Shown here piece after piece: positions 11,536 to 25,369 of a stretch of DNA of 64,000 nucleotides. The stretch is from Mobula hypostoma. Lineage: Eukaryota. Both the position numbers and the translations under genes were made by a program. Each line of letters opens with the position of its first letter. Positions within the stretch are counted from its first letter, which is position 1. The stretch covers positions 24,120,001 to 24,184,000 of the forward strand of contig NC_086097.1 in assembly GCF_963921235.1 (NCBI RefSeq), written 5' to 3'. The notes beneath the pieces were generated by a model that searched no databases, was not told the DNA's origin, and saw only the letters and a list, made by a program, of their open reading frames with translations.

Positions 11536-12419
11536 TTATTCTTTTAGCTGTTATACTTTTACAGACTAACTGAGTATTGTCAGTGATATTGGTGATCGAT
11601 ACAATGTTATTAATGATGCCTGTAATACAATTACAATAATGTATTTACAGTGTTGATTGAAGAATGATTGTAGTACAGTAGCAATGTTGAGTGAAACAGC
11701 TGCCAACATTGCCAGATGAATGGTACCAATAACCTAGTTACAATAACCTAGTTACAATATTGTGTCTGTAATGCAGTTACTATTGCTGAATGATTCATGC
11801 CAGTAATACCACTGCAAGCAGACTGAATAATGTTGATCACACATTTAAAGTGCTTCTTGAGTTTTGTCAGTAGTATTGTTACAATGCAGATTAATTGAGG
11901 AAGTATTACAGTTGCAAAACTACCAGAGAGATTGGTAAGGCAATGATAGCGCTGATTTATAGTTTTGATAATTCTGAAATGCAATAGAGTTAGAGTGCTG
12001 ATTGCTGATTTATGGAGTTACAATGATGATGCAATACAATTGCATGCTAATTGATTAGTGCCAGTAGCTTGAAAATAACTCTTATTGAATACTTCTACTA
12101 ATACAGAAAAACTGCTTCTTCAATTGTGTCTGTTGTAAATGATATTGTCAATCTAATAATGGTCTTAATTCATTTCCATTGATTCCGGAATATTATTTGT
12201 AGAACAGCTACAATATTTGGAATTATACTGGCAATAGGGCTGTGATTCTGTAAAACTAGTGAATAAGTACATTTAAAATGCTGTCTGAATGGCAACTGTC
12301 ACAATGGGAATGCAGTTGTATATCGACAGGAATATTACTGAAATGCCGATTAACTATGGTGATGTCGCTAATTGATTTACTAATGTCAGCAGTATAGTTA
12401 TTAATTGTGTGAGTGATGG

Positions 12420-12890
12420 AGACATAGAAAGGTACAACACAGAAAAGGGCCCTTCAGCCCATCTAAACTGTCTACTGCTATCAATCTGCACTGGGATCAT
12501 AGCCCTCCATGCCCCTCATATCCATGTACCTATCCAAACTTCTCTTAAACAATGAAATCGAGCTTGCATGCACTACTTGTGCTGACAGCTCATTCCACAC
12601 TCTCACGACACTCTGAATGAAGAGGTTTCCTCTCATGTTTCCCTTAAACTTTTCACCTTTCATACTTATCCCATGACCTCTGGTTGTAGACCCTCTCAGC
12701 CTCAGTGGAAAATGCCTGCTTGCATTTACCCTATCTATATCATTCATAATTTTGTAAACCTCTATCAAGTCTCCCCTCAATCTTCTACGTCCTAACCAAT
12801 TCAATCATCTTTCCTGAAGGTTGGTGACAAAAACTGCACACAATACTCAAAATTAGGCCTCACCAATATCTTATACAACTTCAACATAAC
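12420..12890 (-). mobile_element. CR1 LINE 3' fragment
   Basis: ORF 12481..12804 RRLRGDLIEVYKIM...TRGH...VVRVWNEL...FKRSLDRYM. Confidence 0.9.
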
Positions 12891-12952
12891 ATACCGCTAC
12901 AATTGTTGGCAATATTATAGCAATGTGAATTGAATGATATCGTTAAATGAAT

Positions 12953-13152
12953 TACACATACAAAAGGTTGGAGGAACTCAGCAGGCCAGGTAGCATCTAC
13001 AGAAAAGGATAAGCAATCGGCTTTTCAGGCCAAGACTCTTCATCAGGACTGGGACCCATATCCCTTTCCATAGATGCTGCCTGACCTGCTGAGTTCTTCC
13101 AGCATTTTGTATATGTTACTCTGGATGTCTAGCATCTGCATAACCTGTTGTA
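12953..13152. mobile_element. Fold-back Penelope terminal-repeat pair, right hammerhead deleted
   Basis: ggaggaactcagcaggccagg..gcatct versus agatgctgcctgacctgctgagttcttcc; cttcatcaggactg near 13038-13051. Confidence 0.75.
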
Positions 13153-13298
13153 TTAGAAGATGAGTAACATCCTGTTTGGATTGCATACAGTCAAAGAGGA
13201 CGACAGTAAAGAAACAATGGGAAAGAAGAAAGGAAAGGTCTGGGGTGGGTGGGGTCTTTGATTATGCTGGCTGCTTTACTGAGGCAGCGAGAAGTATC

Positions 13299-14240
13299 AG
13301 ACCATAAGATATAGGAGCAGAATTAGGCCATTCAGCCCATCGAGTCTGCTCTGCCATTCCATCATGGCTGATCCCGGATCCCACTCAACCCCATACACCT
13401 GCCTTCTCACCATATCCTTTGATGCCCTGACCGGTCAGGAAATGATCGACTTCTGCCTTAAATATACCCATGGACTTGGCCTCCACCACAGTCTCTGCCA
13501 GAGCATTCCACAGATTTACTATTCTCTGGCTAAAAAAAGTACTCCTTACCTCAGATTTAAGGTTGTGCCCTCTAGTTCCGGATATCCCCCACCATAGGAA
13601 ACATCCTTTCCACAGCTACCCGATCTAGACCTTTCAATATTCGATAGGTTTCAATTAGATTCCCCAATATTTTTCTAAATTCCAGTGATCACAGGCCCAA
13701 AGATGCCAAATGCTCCTTATATGTCAACCCCTTCCTCGTGAACCTTCTCTGGACTCTCTCCAATGACCACACATTCTTTCTGAGATTGGGACCCAAAACT
13801 GTTGACAATACTCCAAGTGTGGCCTGAATAGTGTCAGCATTATCTCCTTGCTTTTATATTCTATTGTCCTTGAAATAAATGCCAACATTGCATTTGCCTT
13901 CCTTACCACAGACTCAACCCGTAAATTAACCTTCTGGGAGTCTTGCATGAGGACTCCTAAGTCCCTCTGTACCTCCGATGTTTGAACCTTCTCCCCATTT
14001 AGATAATAGTCTGCACTATTGTTCCTTTTACCAAAATGCATTATCATACATTTGTATTCCATCTGACACTTTTTGCTCATTCTTCCAATTTGTCAAAATC
14101 CTGTTCCAACTGCATTGCTTCCTCAGCAACACCTATCCCTCCACCTTTCTTTGTATCATCCACAAACTTAGCCACAAAGCCATCAATTCCATTATCCAAA
14201 TCATTAACAAACAATATGAAAAGTAGTGGTCCCAATATAG
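13299..14240 (-). mobile_element. CR1 LINE 3' fragment, same subfamily as 1-1085
   Basis: ORFs 14077..14331 (LGPLLF..FVNDLD..KFVDDTK) and 13724..14080 (DLGVLMQDS..RPHLEYCQQFW). Confidence 0.92.
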
Positions 14241-14758
14241 TATATTTTCTTGCAAGTACGGACAGAAACGAAGAGCGGGGAGGCGGGTTTCCATGATGTG
14301 CTGAGCTGTGTCCATAACACTTTGAAGACATTCCCTTTCTCTCTCACACACAGAAAATGGAAAGTCTCACACACTCGCCCATACACAGACCAGCTGAAAT
14401 AAACCAAACATTTTTCTTCCTATTTTAGATTCACAGAGTCATAGAGCTTTGCAGCTCAGAAACAAACCCTTCAGTCCATCTAGTCCATGCCTTAAATATT
14501 TCACCTTTCAATTTTAGCCTATGACTTCTAGTTCTAGTCTCACCCAACCTCAGTGGAGAGAGTGTCATAGAATTACAAAACTCAAAATAAATGTACACCA
14601 AAGTACATATATGTCACAATATAGTACTTGAAGATTAATTTTCTTGCAGGCATTTACAGGAAAAGTAAATATATACAATGTAATTTATTAACTTTATATA
14701 TAAACAAAGACTGACAAAGAACTAATGCAAGTATCATGCAAGTATAATTCTAGTGCCC

Positions 14759-17145
14759 TCACAATGCGTTGTATACAAAGCCAGGCAGGAATTTAAACAT
14801 CCTTTGAAAAATCACCTAATCCAGAAGCTTTCTTTCGGGTTTTTAATGTGAAAACTTTGTGTAAAGATATTGCTGTTTCAAGGGTAAATAAAGAGTGGAT
14901 GGAGATGGAGGCCTTTCTACCGTGTTTGCTCCAAGTCAAAATCTAAATTAACCCATACAAGAAATAATATGCAAAACAGGTTACGAGCAAGAAGTGATGT
15001 TTGTACAAAATGAATTGCAGACAAAACAAACAGCGCCTCTAGAGGCAGAACTCACCCCGCCTGACGCCTACGATGTCAAACTTAAGTCACTGAAACTAAA
15101 AGTCAAATAATCATTTCATTAAGACTTCGGCAAAAGAAGGACAGTTTCAGAGGCTGGTCTTGAAAACAGTCCTACTACACAGACTTTAACTGCTCTCACT
15201 TCAAAAATGTTGTCCCTGATGACATGCTTGCCCATGGTATTGCCTGATGAGCAGACTGGTGACACGGTACTCTTCCAGGATAAAGATGCACTGCACTTCT
15301 TCTGCCTTTGAATAACAAGAAAGATTCGAACCTTTGCTCGATTCAGTTGCTCTGTGTTGAGAGGTTGCTTATAAACGTGCCACCTACTGCAAAGGCTGTC
15401 TTGGCTACTCATGCAATCTTCTCTTTCATGTAGATACTCCTCTCACAGGGTCCGAAATGACGGGTTCCCATTCTCCAGGACATTAACCTTAACAGCACTC
15501 TCGGTGGGCTAATGAAGCAGGCTTCACCCACTGTGACACAACCCAGGTCAGATCGTTGGGCATAAAATGCATTTTGCCAACCAAAGTGCTGCTCACGTAC
15601 CTTATGTGTGCAGATGGTGTCTCTGCCAAACAAAAGGAGAACCTCAGCAGAAGTGTTAAGTGGAGAGATCTTGTTAGCTATGTCCTTACAACGTGAATAA
15701 CTATGTGCAGCTCGAGCAGCTGGGCATTCATCCCCGTTGTTGGGAATATGGTCTCTGTCAATGAGAGTTGGCAGGGGTAAGAGACCTCTTGTCCCTTTGA
15801 CTTTGCAACAAATCCACCGGCTCTGCATCCGGTAACCACTGATGTTCCAGAACATGTCTTTAGAGTGTCTGGGGAAGCAGCTACATCCGATGGATACTCT
15901 GCTGGCTCCCCATCGTGTTCTGAAATATATTGTTACTGCTTCTCCAGTCCGCTACTTTCCCCAGATACCCCACCACTATCGGGATGATTGTCTTGTCCAC
16001 ATTCGGAACGCCTCTACCTCAGGACCTTCCTGGCCAGACTCAAACTATTGTGCAGTGGTGATCTAACACCACAGCCTAGTGCAGCGTGTGAGGGCTGCGC
16101 AGTTGGTTCTGCGGTAGCTGCTCTGGAAAGGTGAACCACTGATGTGCATGATGCACCTTTCATCCCTTGTCTGCTCTTATTAAGTAGTGGACACCCATGT
16201 GTTTCTCAGTTGAGTGACCTTGGGCGCCTTTCATTTTCTACCTTAAACGAGGATTCATTTTCCTTGGACTTGCACCTGAAGCAGCGAAAGCAAGTTCAGG
16301 AGGACTGGGTAAACATTTGGTGTTAAGCATGACAGGAAGCTGGTCCCTATCTTTGTCTGTTCCTATGATTTCATCCTCTATTGAGCAACTATGACGTTTT
16401 AAAGGACTTGCACCAATGGCCATTCCTTCAGTCATCTTCCTGTTGAGAGGACATCCGCAGTCTAAGTCAGCTGCTGCTTCATACGCCTTTGCCTCTGTTA
16501 AAGCAGTCTGAGCTTCATGCTCCTCTGAGAGTGCACTCAGTGTGACTTCTGCATGGGCTCGCTCCATGTCTGTGCATGTTCTCTTCATTTTTATATGGGG
16601 TTTCTCCCATGTCTGCTCTCATTTTTTCTGCTTCAGCTCTGGCATGGGCTCATACTGCAGCTGTGCTAACCGTGGTTTTGCTTGAGCGTTGAAAAGGCGT
16701 GATCGATGCTCCACATTCTGAGCTGACATCCAGGGCTTGGCAACTGATGTCGCTTGGGTCGGAAGCTGACCTTGTAACGTGGGGCGTTCGGACTAGTCTC
16801 CAGTCTACAGGTGGTGCCTTTGAAGACAAGTTATTTTTTCGCTCTGCTACCATCACAGTGCATTGTGTACAAAGCTATGCAGGGAGTTAACCTCCTTCTC
16901 AAAAATCACCCAAGATGAAAGCCTTCTTCAGAGTGTGTAATGAGAAAACTTTGTGAAAAGGTATTGCTGTTTCAAGGGCAAATAAAGAGCGGATGGAGAT
17001 GGATGTCTTTCCACCGTGTTTGCTCCAGTGAAATCCATATTAATCCACATAGGAAATGATGTAAGAGACAGCTTACCAACAGGAAGTGACATCGGTAGAA
17101 AACAAACTGCAGACAAAACGAATAGCGCCTCTAGAGGCAGTAACA
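14759..17145 (-). mobile_element. Internally deleted BEL/Pao LTR retrotransposon with both LTRs
   Basis: About 290-bp direct repeats at ~14759-15052 and ~16853-17145; ORF 15409..15855 has LPLPTL..IPN..LLLFGRD..HKVREQ..AQR.DLG (Pao protease region); ORF 15119..15412 ends VRAVKV..RP....VLLL (BEL integrase C-terminus); RT/RNase H absent. Confidence 0.85.
16842..16852 (-). promoter_or_regulatory. Primer-binding site complementary to the initiator tRNA-Met 3' end
   Basis: Minus strand TGGTAGCAGAG immediately after the 5' LTR; 11-nt complement of ...CUCUGCUACCA. Confidence 0.8.
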
Positions 17146-17814
17146 ATTATGTACTGATGGATAGTGTCAGTAATATAATTATAATACTGTATAATTTAAT
17201 AATTTCAGTATCCTGTTGCAATGATGACTGGACTCTTGCCAGTACATTGCTGACTTACTACTGTGAGTGGTGTGGATGCAATCCGATGAAATACTATAAG
17301 GAGTAAAGTATCCGTTATGATTGAACTGTGTCACTAATGCAATTAGAATGCTGATTAACTGCTGCCAGTAACATGGTTAAAATGCTGATTAATGAACATT
17401 AAAGGTATAGTTGCCATGGTAACAGAACAGCTGATCAATTAGTGTCAGAAATGCAGATACAGGGGAGATGAAACAGCATCAGTAATACAAAGACGATACT
17501 GGCTGGGTGGCGTCAGAAATGCAGTAGCAATTCTGATTGATTAGTGTCAGTATTGTAGATGTTGTGGTGCTTGTACAAAACAAGTGACACTGTTACAAGG
17601 GTGATTAAATGCAATCAGTGATGCAGTTTCCTCGCTACAACCATTGGGCAGGAAGTCTTAGTGGTAGGTGCTGCACCACCAGGTTCTTACTGCCCGTTAT
17701 GATACTGGTGTTTAGTGTGACAATGAATGTCCTCCATCTCATCTATGTCTGTCCATACCATCACACATAGATACAGAAGGATTCTCCCTTGCTGTTTCCA
17801 TAACAATTGTCTTA

Positions 17815-17975
17815 CACCAGCTAGGATTGTTAGCCCTGAGCTGAACCCCTAAACCTAGAGAACTGGTGGACCACTCTTAGTCTGGCCTCTATCCTTTGAC
17901 CTGTTTGCCATGAGTGACTCTACCAAGGCCCTGGCTCTAGTCAGCATAGTTCTTTGGGTCATTGAGGCACACAAG
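17815..17975 (-). mobile_element. Second RTE-like 5' leader remnant
   Basis: tttgacctgtttgccatgagtgactctacc...gggtcattgaggcacacaag parallels 4880-4965. Confidence 0.5.
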
Positions 17976-18021
17976 GCCTCTTGGAGCACCACCAGGTTCA
18001 GGAACAGTTATGTCCCTCACA

Positions 18022-18390
18022 ACATAGAAACATAGAAACATAGAAAATAAGTGCAGGAGTAGGCCATTCGGCCCTTCGATCCTGCACCACCATTCAGTAC
18101 GATCATGGCTGATCATCCAACTCAGAACCCTATACCTGTCTTCTCTCCATACCCCCTGATCCCTTTAGCCACAAGGGCCATATCTAACTCGCTCTTAAAT
18201 ATAGCCAATGAACTGGCCTCAACTGCTTCCTGTGGCAGAGAATTCACAGATTCACCACTCTCTGTGTGAAGTAGTTTTTCCTCATCACGGTCCTAAAAGG
18301 CTTCCCCTTTATCCTCAAACTGTGACCCCTCGTTCTGGACTTCCCCAACATTGGGAACAATCTTCCTGCATCTAGCCTGTCCAATCCTAT
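18022..18390 (-). mobile_element. CR1 3' end with octamer tail
   Basis: (CATAGAAA)3 tail and well-preserved CR1 UTR. Confidence 0.85.
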
Positions 18391-19312
18391 CGGACTCTAT
18401 CAACTATCCTATTCCTGAACCAGTGTGGATAACTTCACTCATCTCTACACTGATCTGAGTCCACAACTTACAGACTCGCTTCCAATGACTCTACAACTCA
18501 CATTTTCATTAGTATTTATTTTATTTATATTATTTTTAAAAATTATTTTAATAATTTGTCTTCCTTTGCACATTGGTTGTTTGTCAGTCTTGAAACGTCA
18601 AATATTTATCCTCTTAATAGATGCTACCTGGCTTACTGAGTTCCTCCAGTATTTTGTGTGTGCTGCTCTGGATTTTCAGCATCTGCAGAATCTCTTGTGT
18701 TTAGCCTTTATTTATGTGTAGAATTCCATAAATTCTTTTGTACATTGATTGTTTGTCAGTGTATGCTTATATATAAATTTCCCTAAATTCTATTGTATCA
18801 CTTTATTTTCCTGTAAACGCCTGAAAGAAAATAAATCTCAAGGTCACATATACTTATTTTGTTAATAAATTTACTCTGACGTTGACTTTAACTAGACAAA
18901 ATACTGATGAAATAATGGCCAGTACAGCTATAACGCTGGTCTGTTAGTGTCCCTAATAAAGTCCCAATGCTGATTCAACACTGACAGTAACACACTTACA
19001 ATACTGATTAAATAGTCCCCATATTACACAATGTCAATTGAAAAATGTCAGTAATGTAATTACAATGCAGATTGAATGCAGTTTCAATGGCAAACTAACA
19101 CTGTAAGTAATACAGCTACAATGATGTTTGACGAGTGTCAGTCACACTGTTAGAATGATGATCGACTCAGGTCAATGCTGCTGTTACAAGAGTGTCTTAA
19201 TAGTGCCAGTTATACAATGCTAATCTATCAGTGTCATTGTGATTTATACTATCAGTCATATGATAACGCTGATTGAATGGTGTCAGAAGTGTGGTTTATT
19301 AAGATAATAATC

Positions 19313-19720
19313 AGAATCAGGTTTAATATCGTTAGCATATGTTGTGAAATTTGTTGCTTTTGTGGCACTAGTACAATGATAAAAGAGAGAAAAAGAAAAC
19401 TGAATTATAGTGAATATATAAAATAGTTAGATTAAATAAGTAGTTCAAAATTAGGAAATTTAAAAAAGTACTGAGGCAGTGTTCACGGGCTCAATGTCCA
19501 TTCAGAAGTCGGATGGCAGAGGGGGAGAAGCTGTTCCTGAATCGCTGAGTGTGTGCCCTCAGGCTCCTGTACCTCTGTCCTGATGGTGGCAATGCGAAGA
19601 GGGCATGTTTTGGGTGGTGGGAATCCTTAATGATGGGCGCCACCTTTTTGTGGCTTTGTTCCTTGAAGATGACCTGGTTACTACAAAGGCTAGTGCCCAT
19701 GATGGAACTGTCTAATTTTA
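19313..19720 (-). mobile_element. Rex1/Babar 3' fragment
   Basis: ORF 19491..19700 IIKDSHHP.HALF.L.PSG.RYRSL..HT.RFRNSF.P.AIRLLN. Confidence 0.88.
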
Positions 19721-20669
19721 CAGCTCACTTCGATTCGTGTAACCTAACATTAATAATATGGTGCGGATGGTTATTTATAGACAATGGCTTTGTCCAGCAC
19801 GGAAACAGGAACTTCAACCCATTCCATCCATGTATCCCTTTCTTTTTGCCTATTTACACTAATCATATTGCCCCTCATTACATTTCTATTCTCTCTGCCT
19901 TGCGTGAAGTGAGGGTAATACATATTTTTTCCTAATTGCTTGCTATACCAATCTGATAACTTTGATGATTCATGTATAAAAACTCCCTTTGAACGCCAAT
20001 ACTTTTTAATGTCCCTATTTAATAAAATACTTTTAACCACGATTCAAAGTTCAAAGTAAATTTACCTTTCTTTTTTTTTAACCACACTGGGTGAACCACC
20101 TCAAAAGGGAGGCATGTGGGATAGGTGGGTCGGGTTCAGATACACCCAGTAGTGAGACATCAGCTAAAGTCATTTATTTCCAAGCAATTGGACAATTGGT
20201 TTATTGATCACTACAGATTGCCTCTCTAGTGGTTCCCACTCACTGTCCTCTCACTTCCCCTTTTCCCAACCATGATTCCCCTCTGTCTGCCCCCTTCCCA
20301 CTCTCCCACAGTAGAGACCCATATCAGAATCAGATTTATCATCGTTGACATATGTCATGATTTTAGTTTGTGGTGGGAGTACAGTGTAATACATAAGATT
20401 ACTACAATACTGTGCAGAAGTCTTGGGTGCCTAACTATATACTGTATATGTCCTCGTCTATTTATTTAACCTCTCTATACACCCCCCCCCACCACCCGAA
20501 TCACCCCTGGATCTTACTCATAGCCCATAATAGCACCCAAATTGCTTCATCGTCAAGTAGAGATATATTATGCTTGCTCCCCATGTCTGAGATACTGATA
20601 TTGGTTTGTGAATTACGAGGGTCCCAACACTGATCACAGCTGTCAAACCTAATAATATCTAATTTATTA

Positions 20670-21270
20670 AAACATAGAACATTACAGCATAGTGCATACT
20701 AATGCTGTGCTGACTATTTAACCCACTCCAAGATCAGTCTAACCCTTCCCTCCCACATAGTCCTCCATTTTTTTCTTTCATCCATGCGCATATTTTAGAG
20801 TCTCTTAAATGCCTGTAATGTATCTGCTTCTACCACCATGCTTGGAAGTGCATTCCATGCATCCACCACTCTCTGCATAAAAAACATGTCTGACATACCC
20901 CTATACTTTCCTCCAAAGAGCTTAAAGTTATGCTCCCTTGTGTTAGTAACCTCTCATCCTCATACTCTCAAAGAGAAAAGCCCTACTTTACTCAACCTTT
21001 CCTCATAAGATATGTTCTCCATTCCAGGCAGCTTCCTGGTAAATCTCCTCTACACCTTCTCCAAAGCTTCCACATCCTTCCCATAATGAGTTGACCAGAA
21101 CTGAAAACGTAGCCCATTTTTGTTTTTTCCCTACTTTCTTTTCTGTAACTGAACCAATCCTCACTCCGCAAGAGCATATTATCTGCAATACCTTGCACTC
21201 TGATCTTAGATGATAGTACCTTATGTACTGCCTTACTGGAGCCTTTGTGAAAGTCCAAATGTGCTGCATC
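20670..21270 (-). mobile_element. CR1 fragments
   Basis: DFHKG..KV...L.KI...GI in ORF 20992..21258; CR1 3' UTR. Confidence 0.75.
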
Positions 21271-22499
21271 AACCAGTTAGTCCTTATAAACTCTAGTTTA
21301 TATCTTCCAAATGTGATCTAGTTACATTCTCCAAACCTGATTTCGGAACCAGAGCCAGAATCAAGTTTATTATTACTGACATGTGTCGTGAAATTTGTTG
21401 TTTAGCGGCAGCAGAACAGTGCAATACATAAAATATACTATAAATTGCAATAAGAAATATATAAGTTGTAATTACACTTGCAAAGGTGATTGAATTGAAT
21501 CTGTCATTTAGTTATAGTGCTTGTACAGTGTCAGTAATACATTTGAAACACTGATAAAGAATGTCTGTGAAACATTGTTACTGTGGTCGTTCAGTAGAAT
21601 TTGTGGCCCATCTCCAGTACTGATTGAATGTTATGAGTACTGTAGATGAAATACTGATTGAGTGGTGTCAGTAATATGGTTACAATGCTGAACTAATTGT
21701 GTGACTAATACATTTACAATCCTGAAAGAATAGCACTAGCAACAGGTTCAGGTTGAAAGCCGGCAACACTACCAACTGCCTGCTGATCAAGTTGTGCCAG
21801 CACTGTAGTTAAAATACTGACTGATCATGTTTCTAAAGATGGGTTTTAAGCTAAAGAAGTGGTCAAGGGATCTGAACTGCAGTGATGTGGTCACGAGGCA
21901 AGAGAACAAGATATTCATATGGAAAATGGATTTCAGTAGGACAAGAAGGAATAGAGAGTGCAAATCTAAGAATAAATCAATGGATAAGGTTGGAAGTTAC
22001 AAAACACAGTAAAAAGAAACAAATGTATGGCTCTATAATGAAATCAACATCACATAAACATGGTCACATGGATGAAAGATAAACGGAGTTATGTGGGAGC
22101 GAAGGGTTAGATTGATCTTAGACTAGGTTAAAAAGAACTGATGAACACAACCTATGGACTCTCTTTCAAGGACTTTAGAGTCATGTTCTCAGTACCTTTT
22201 GTGCTTGTTTATTATATATTATCAATACTAATATTATTATTATTGGTATTATTTTCACAGTTTGTCCTCTTCACATTAGTTTGTCAGTTGTTGTACGTAG
22301 TTTTTCACTGATTCTATTGCATTTCTTTGTTTCACAATGAACACGCACAAAAGAAATGAATCGCAAGGTAATATATGGAAATGTACAGATATGTTCTTTG
22401 ATAATAAATTTACTTTGAACTTTTTGTACTTTGACAAGGTTGGCACAAGGTGGGCCAAAGACCCTGTGCTGAGCAGGGATGTTCTATGATATATTCGTA

Positions 22500-25340
22500 A
22501 AAAGAAGTAAAAATACATGAATATAATCTGACAGTCGCTTCAGAGACAGATTTGTTTGAAGACTTGCATTGGGTATGATTATTCTGAAGGAGGAGAGGCT
22601 CGGAAATATTAGAGGTTGTATCTGTTTAGTGATGATGGCCTTTGTGCAAGTTTAGGGAACTAGGATGCAGAAGTAGTTGTGTGGGAAGAGAGATAATAAA
22701 CACAATAAATAACTTGGGGGAATGAAGTACGAATCCAACCACACAGGAGGACAGAGGATAAAAGGAGGGATAATCAGGGTGGATCTTAATCTACAAATGA
22801 GCCAGAAAAAAAGTCAGAGGGAGAAAGATAGTGCAGAAAAGGACTTTCCAGATAGTTTCTTAAATCTCATTTTCTGGAGCCAGTGAAAGACCAGGTAATC
22901 TAACCTGGTATTGTCCAGTGAGACAGGATTATTTAATTCCCTTATTATTGATGATGCAGTTAAGGTATTGGTGACCACAATATCACTCAATTTCAGTTTG
23001 AGGAATAGATAAGGGATCAAGGATTAGCATCATAAACTTAAATAAGGGCAACTATAATGCATAAGTGCAGACAAAGCTAAATTGAACATATAGGACACAG
23101 AACTGTATAACACAATACAAGCTCCTTGGTCCACAGTGATATCCTAACACATTAATCTACTCCTAGATCAATCTAACCTTTCCCTTCCACATAGCCTTCC
23201 ATTTTCTTTTCATACATGTGCCTATCTAGGAGTCTCTTAAATATTTAAAATGCATCTGCCTCTGTCATCATCCCTGGCAGCACCTTCCATAACCCGCCAC
23301 TCTGTGTAAATACTTACCTCTGACATTCATAACTAATGAAGGCCTACACATATCCTACCTGTGCCTGGAATTCAAAGTTCAAGCTTCAAGGTAAGTTTAT
23401 TATCAAAGTACGTGTAGGCCACCAAATACTACCCTGAGATTTATTTTATTTTGGAATTGGAAAGCAAGAGGCAATTCGGGAACTTCAGAATCCCAGGGCA
23501 GTGGGACTGAGCAAAAGCTAACGCATCCTGATGCACTTAATCTCTACAGATAACAGGGTGAGATAGGTGCTACATTGGTTTTCCTTTTCCATATGCACAT
23601 GGATGTAGGGAAAGTTCTATTGGATTGGAATATAACCCATATAACTCATTTATTTAGAACATATAGAAGTCAGGAAGCAAGAAACTGCAGGCTAATTAGC
23701 TTAGCATCATGAACAAAAATGTTAGAGGCCGTTATTAGAGACATTATAACAGACATGCAAGAATTCAGCATGGTGAAGTTCAAAGTACATTTATTGTCAA
23801 GGTATGTATACATTATACAACCTTGAGATTCATCTCCTTACGGGCAATCACGAAACAAAGAAACCCAAAAGAGCCCTTAGTAAAAAGATTGTCGAACACC
23901 CAATGCGTATAGAGAGAAAAAAAACAAATTGTGTAAACAACAATTGCAAGCAAATAGTGTTCATAGTCTTATGAGAAGGAACTAATGCCTGACCAAGAGA
24001 TTAGATATGTTTTCGATAAAACACATCCCAATATCTTATTCAAATTTCCAGAAGGAAGTTGATAAGGTTCTGTATCTAAGCTCATTGTGGAAAATGGCAG
24101 CTCATGCTGTAAGGCAGTGATATATCAGCGTGGGTGGGAGATTGTCTGGCCAACAGGAGCCAGAATGCATGACTGTGCATTTCACTGGTTAGCGGGATGA
24201 AATGACTTCCAGAGGTCCATGCATTCTGATTTTTTACAATTTACTTCAATGACCTGGACGGAGGCATAAAGGTAGAGTTGTTAAATTTGCTGCTGACACA
24301 GAGAGGTGGGAGAGTAAATTGCGAAGAGGTCACAAAGAAGCTACAGAGATATGGATGGGATGAGTGAGCTGGCAAAGATCTGGCAAATGGAGTATAATGT
24401 GGGAAATTGTCCATTTCGAAAAGGAAACCTATTATATAAAATGCATGGTTCACAGAAGGGCAGTAAGCAGGTACAGTTAGTCTGGAAGGAAGTTAATAGA
24501 ATGTTATCATTTATAGCTGCTGCTTGAGGCATTATGCTTCAGTTATATGGAGCCTTGGTGATTGCAAACGTGGAGCAACTGGTCTCCTCATGGAAGGACG
24601 TTTTTGTACTGGAAAATGTTTGGAGAAGGATTTCCGAAGTTCAAAGTAAATTTTATTATCAAAGTACATATATGTCACCATATACAGCCCTGAGATTCAT
24701 TTTCCTGTGGGCATACTCAGCAAATCTATAGAATCTTAACTATAACAGGGTAGCTGAAAGATCGACCAGAGTGCAGAAGGCGGCAAACCTCGCATACGCA
24801 AATATAAATAAATAGCAATAAATAATGAGAGCACAAGATAACAAGATAAAGAATCCTTAAAGTGAGATCTTTGGTTGTGGGAACACATCAATGGATGGGC
24901 AAGTGAGTGTAGTTATCGCCATTTGGATGATTGTGAAGTAGTAACTGGTCTTCAACCTGGTGGTGTGACTCTTGAGAATCTTTCACCTTCAACTTGATGG
25001 CAGCAGCAAGAAAAGTGCATGGTTTGGGTGGTGGGGATCTCTGATGATGGACGCTGCTTTCCTATGACAGTGTTTCGTGTAGATATTCTACACTAATACT
25101 TGGAATGGGTTGCTTGCTTTATGAGGAAGAGCTGAACAGGATAGACTTGAATCTGCTGGAATGTGGAAGATTGTGGGCGTACCAGATTAATCCCGATGAC
25201 ACTCAATAGCATAGATGGCAAAAAGGACGTTTCTTCTTGTGGAAGAATCAAGAATTACATTTCCGCTTTTAAAAATATATAGTCAGTGTTCAATGTAGAA
25301 CAGGGTTAAGGGCTTGAATAACCTACCTCTGCTCTTGTAC
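22500..25340 (+). mobile_element. Old, fragmented CR1 ORF2 (endonuclease to RT) with younger insertions
   Basis: Scattered remnants: Y.LISL (~23690), KFAADT (~24284), LY.ALV (~24540), LE.V.RR (~24610). Confidence 0.55.
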
Positions 25341-25369
25341 GTCTCTCTGATTTAAGGGATGAGAGTCGG

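Noticed and set aside
15030..15048. CTCF site in the LTR (cagcgcctctagaggcag; also ~17123-17140)
   Set aside because: One base short of the canonical core spacing; recorded only as a conserved palindrome
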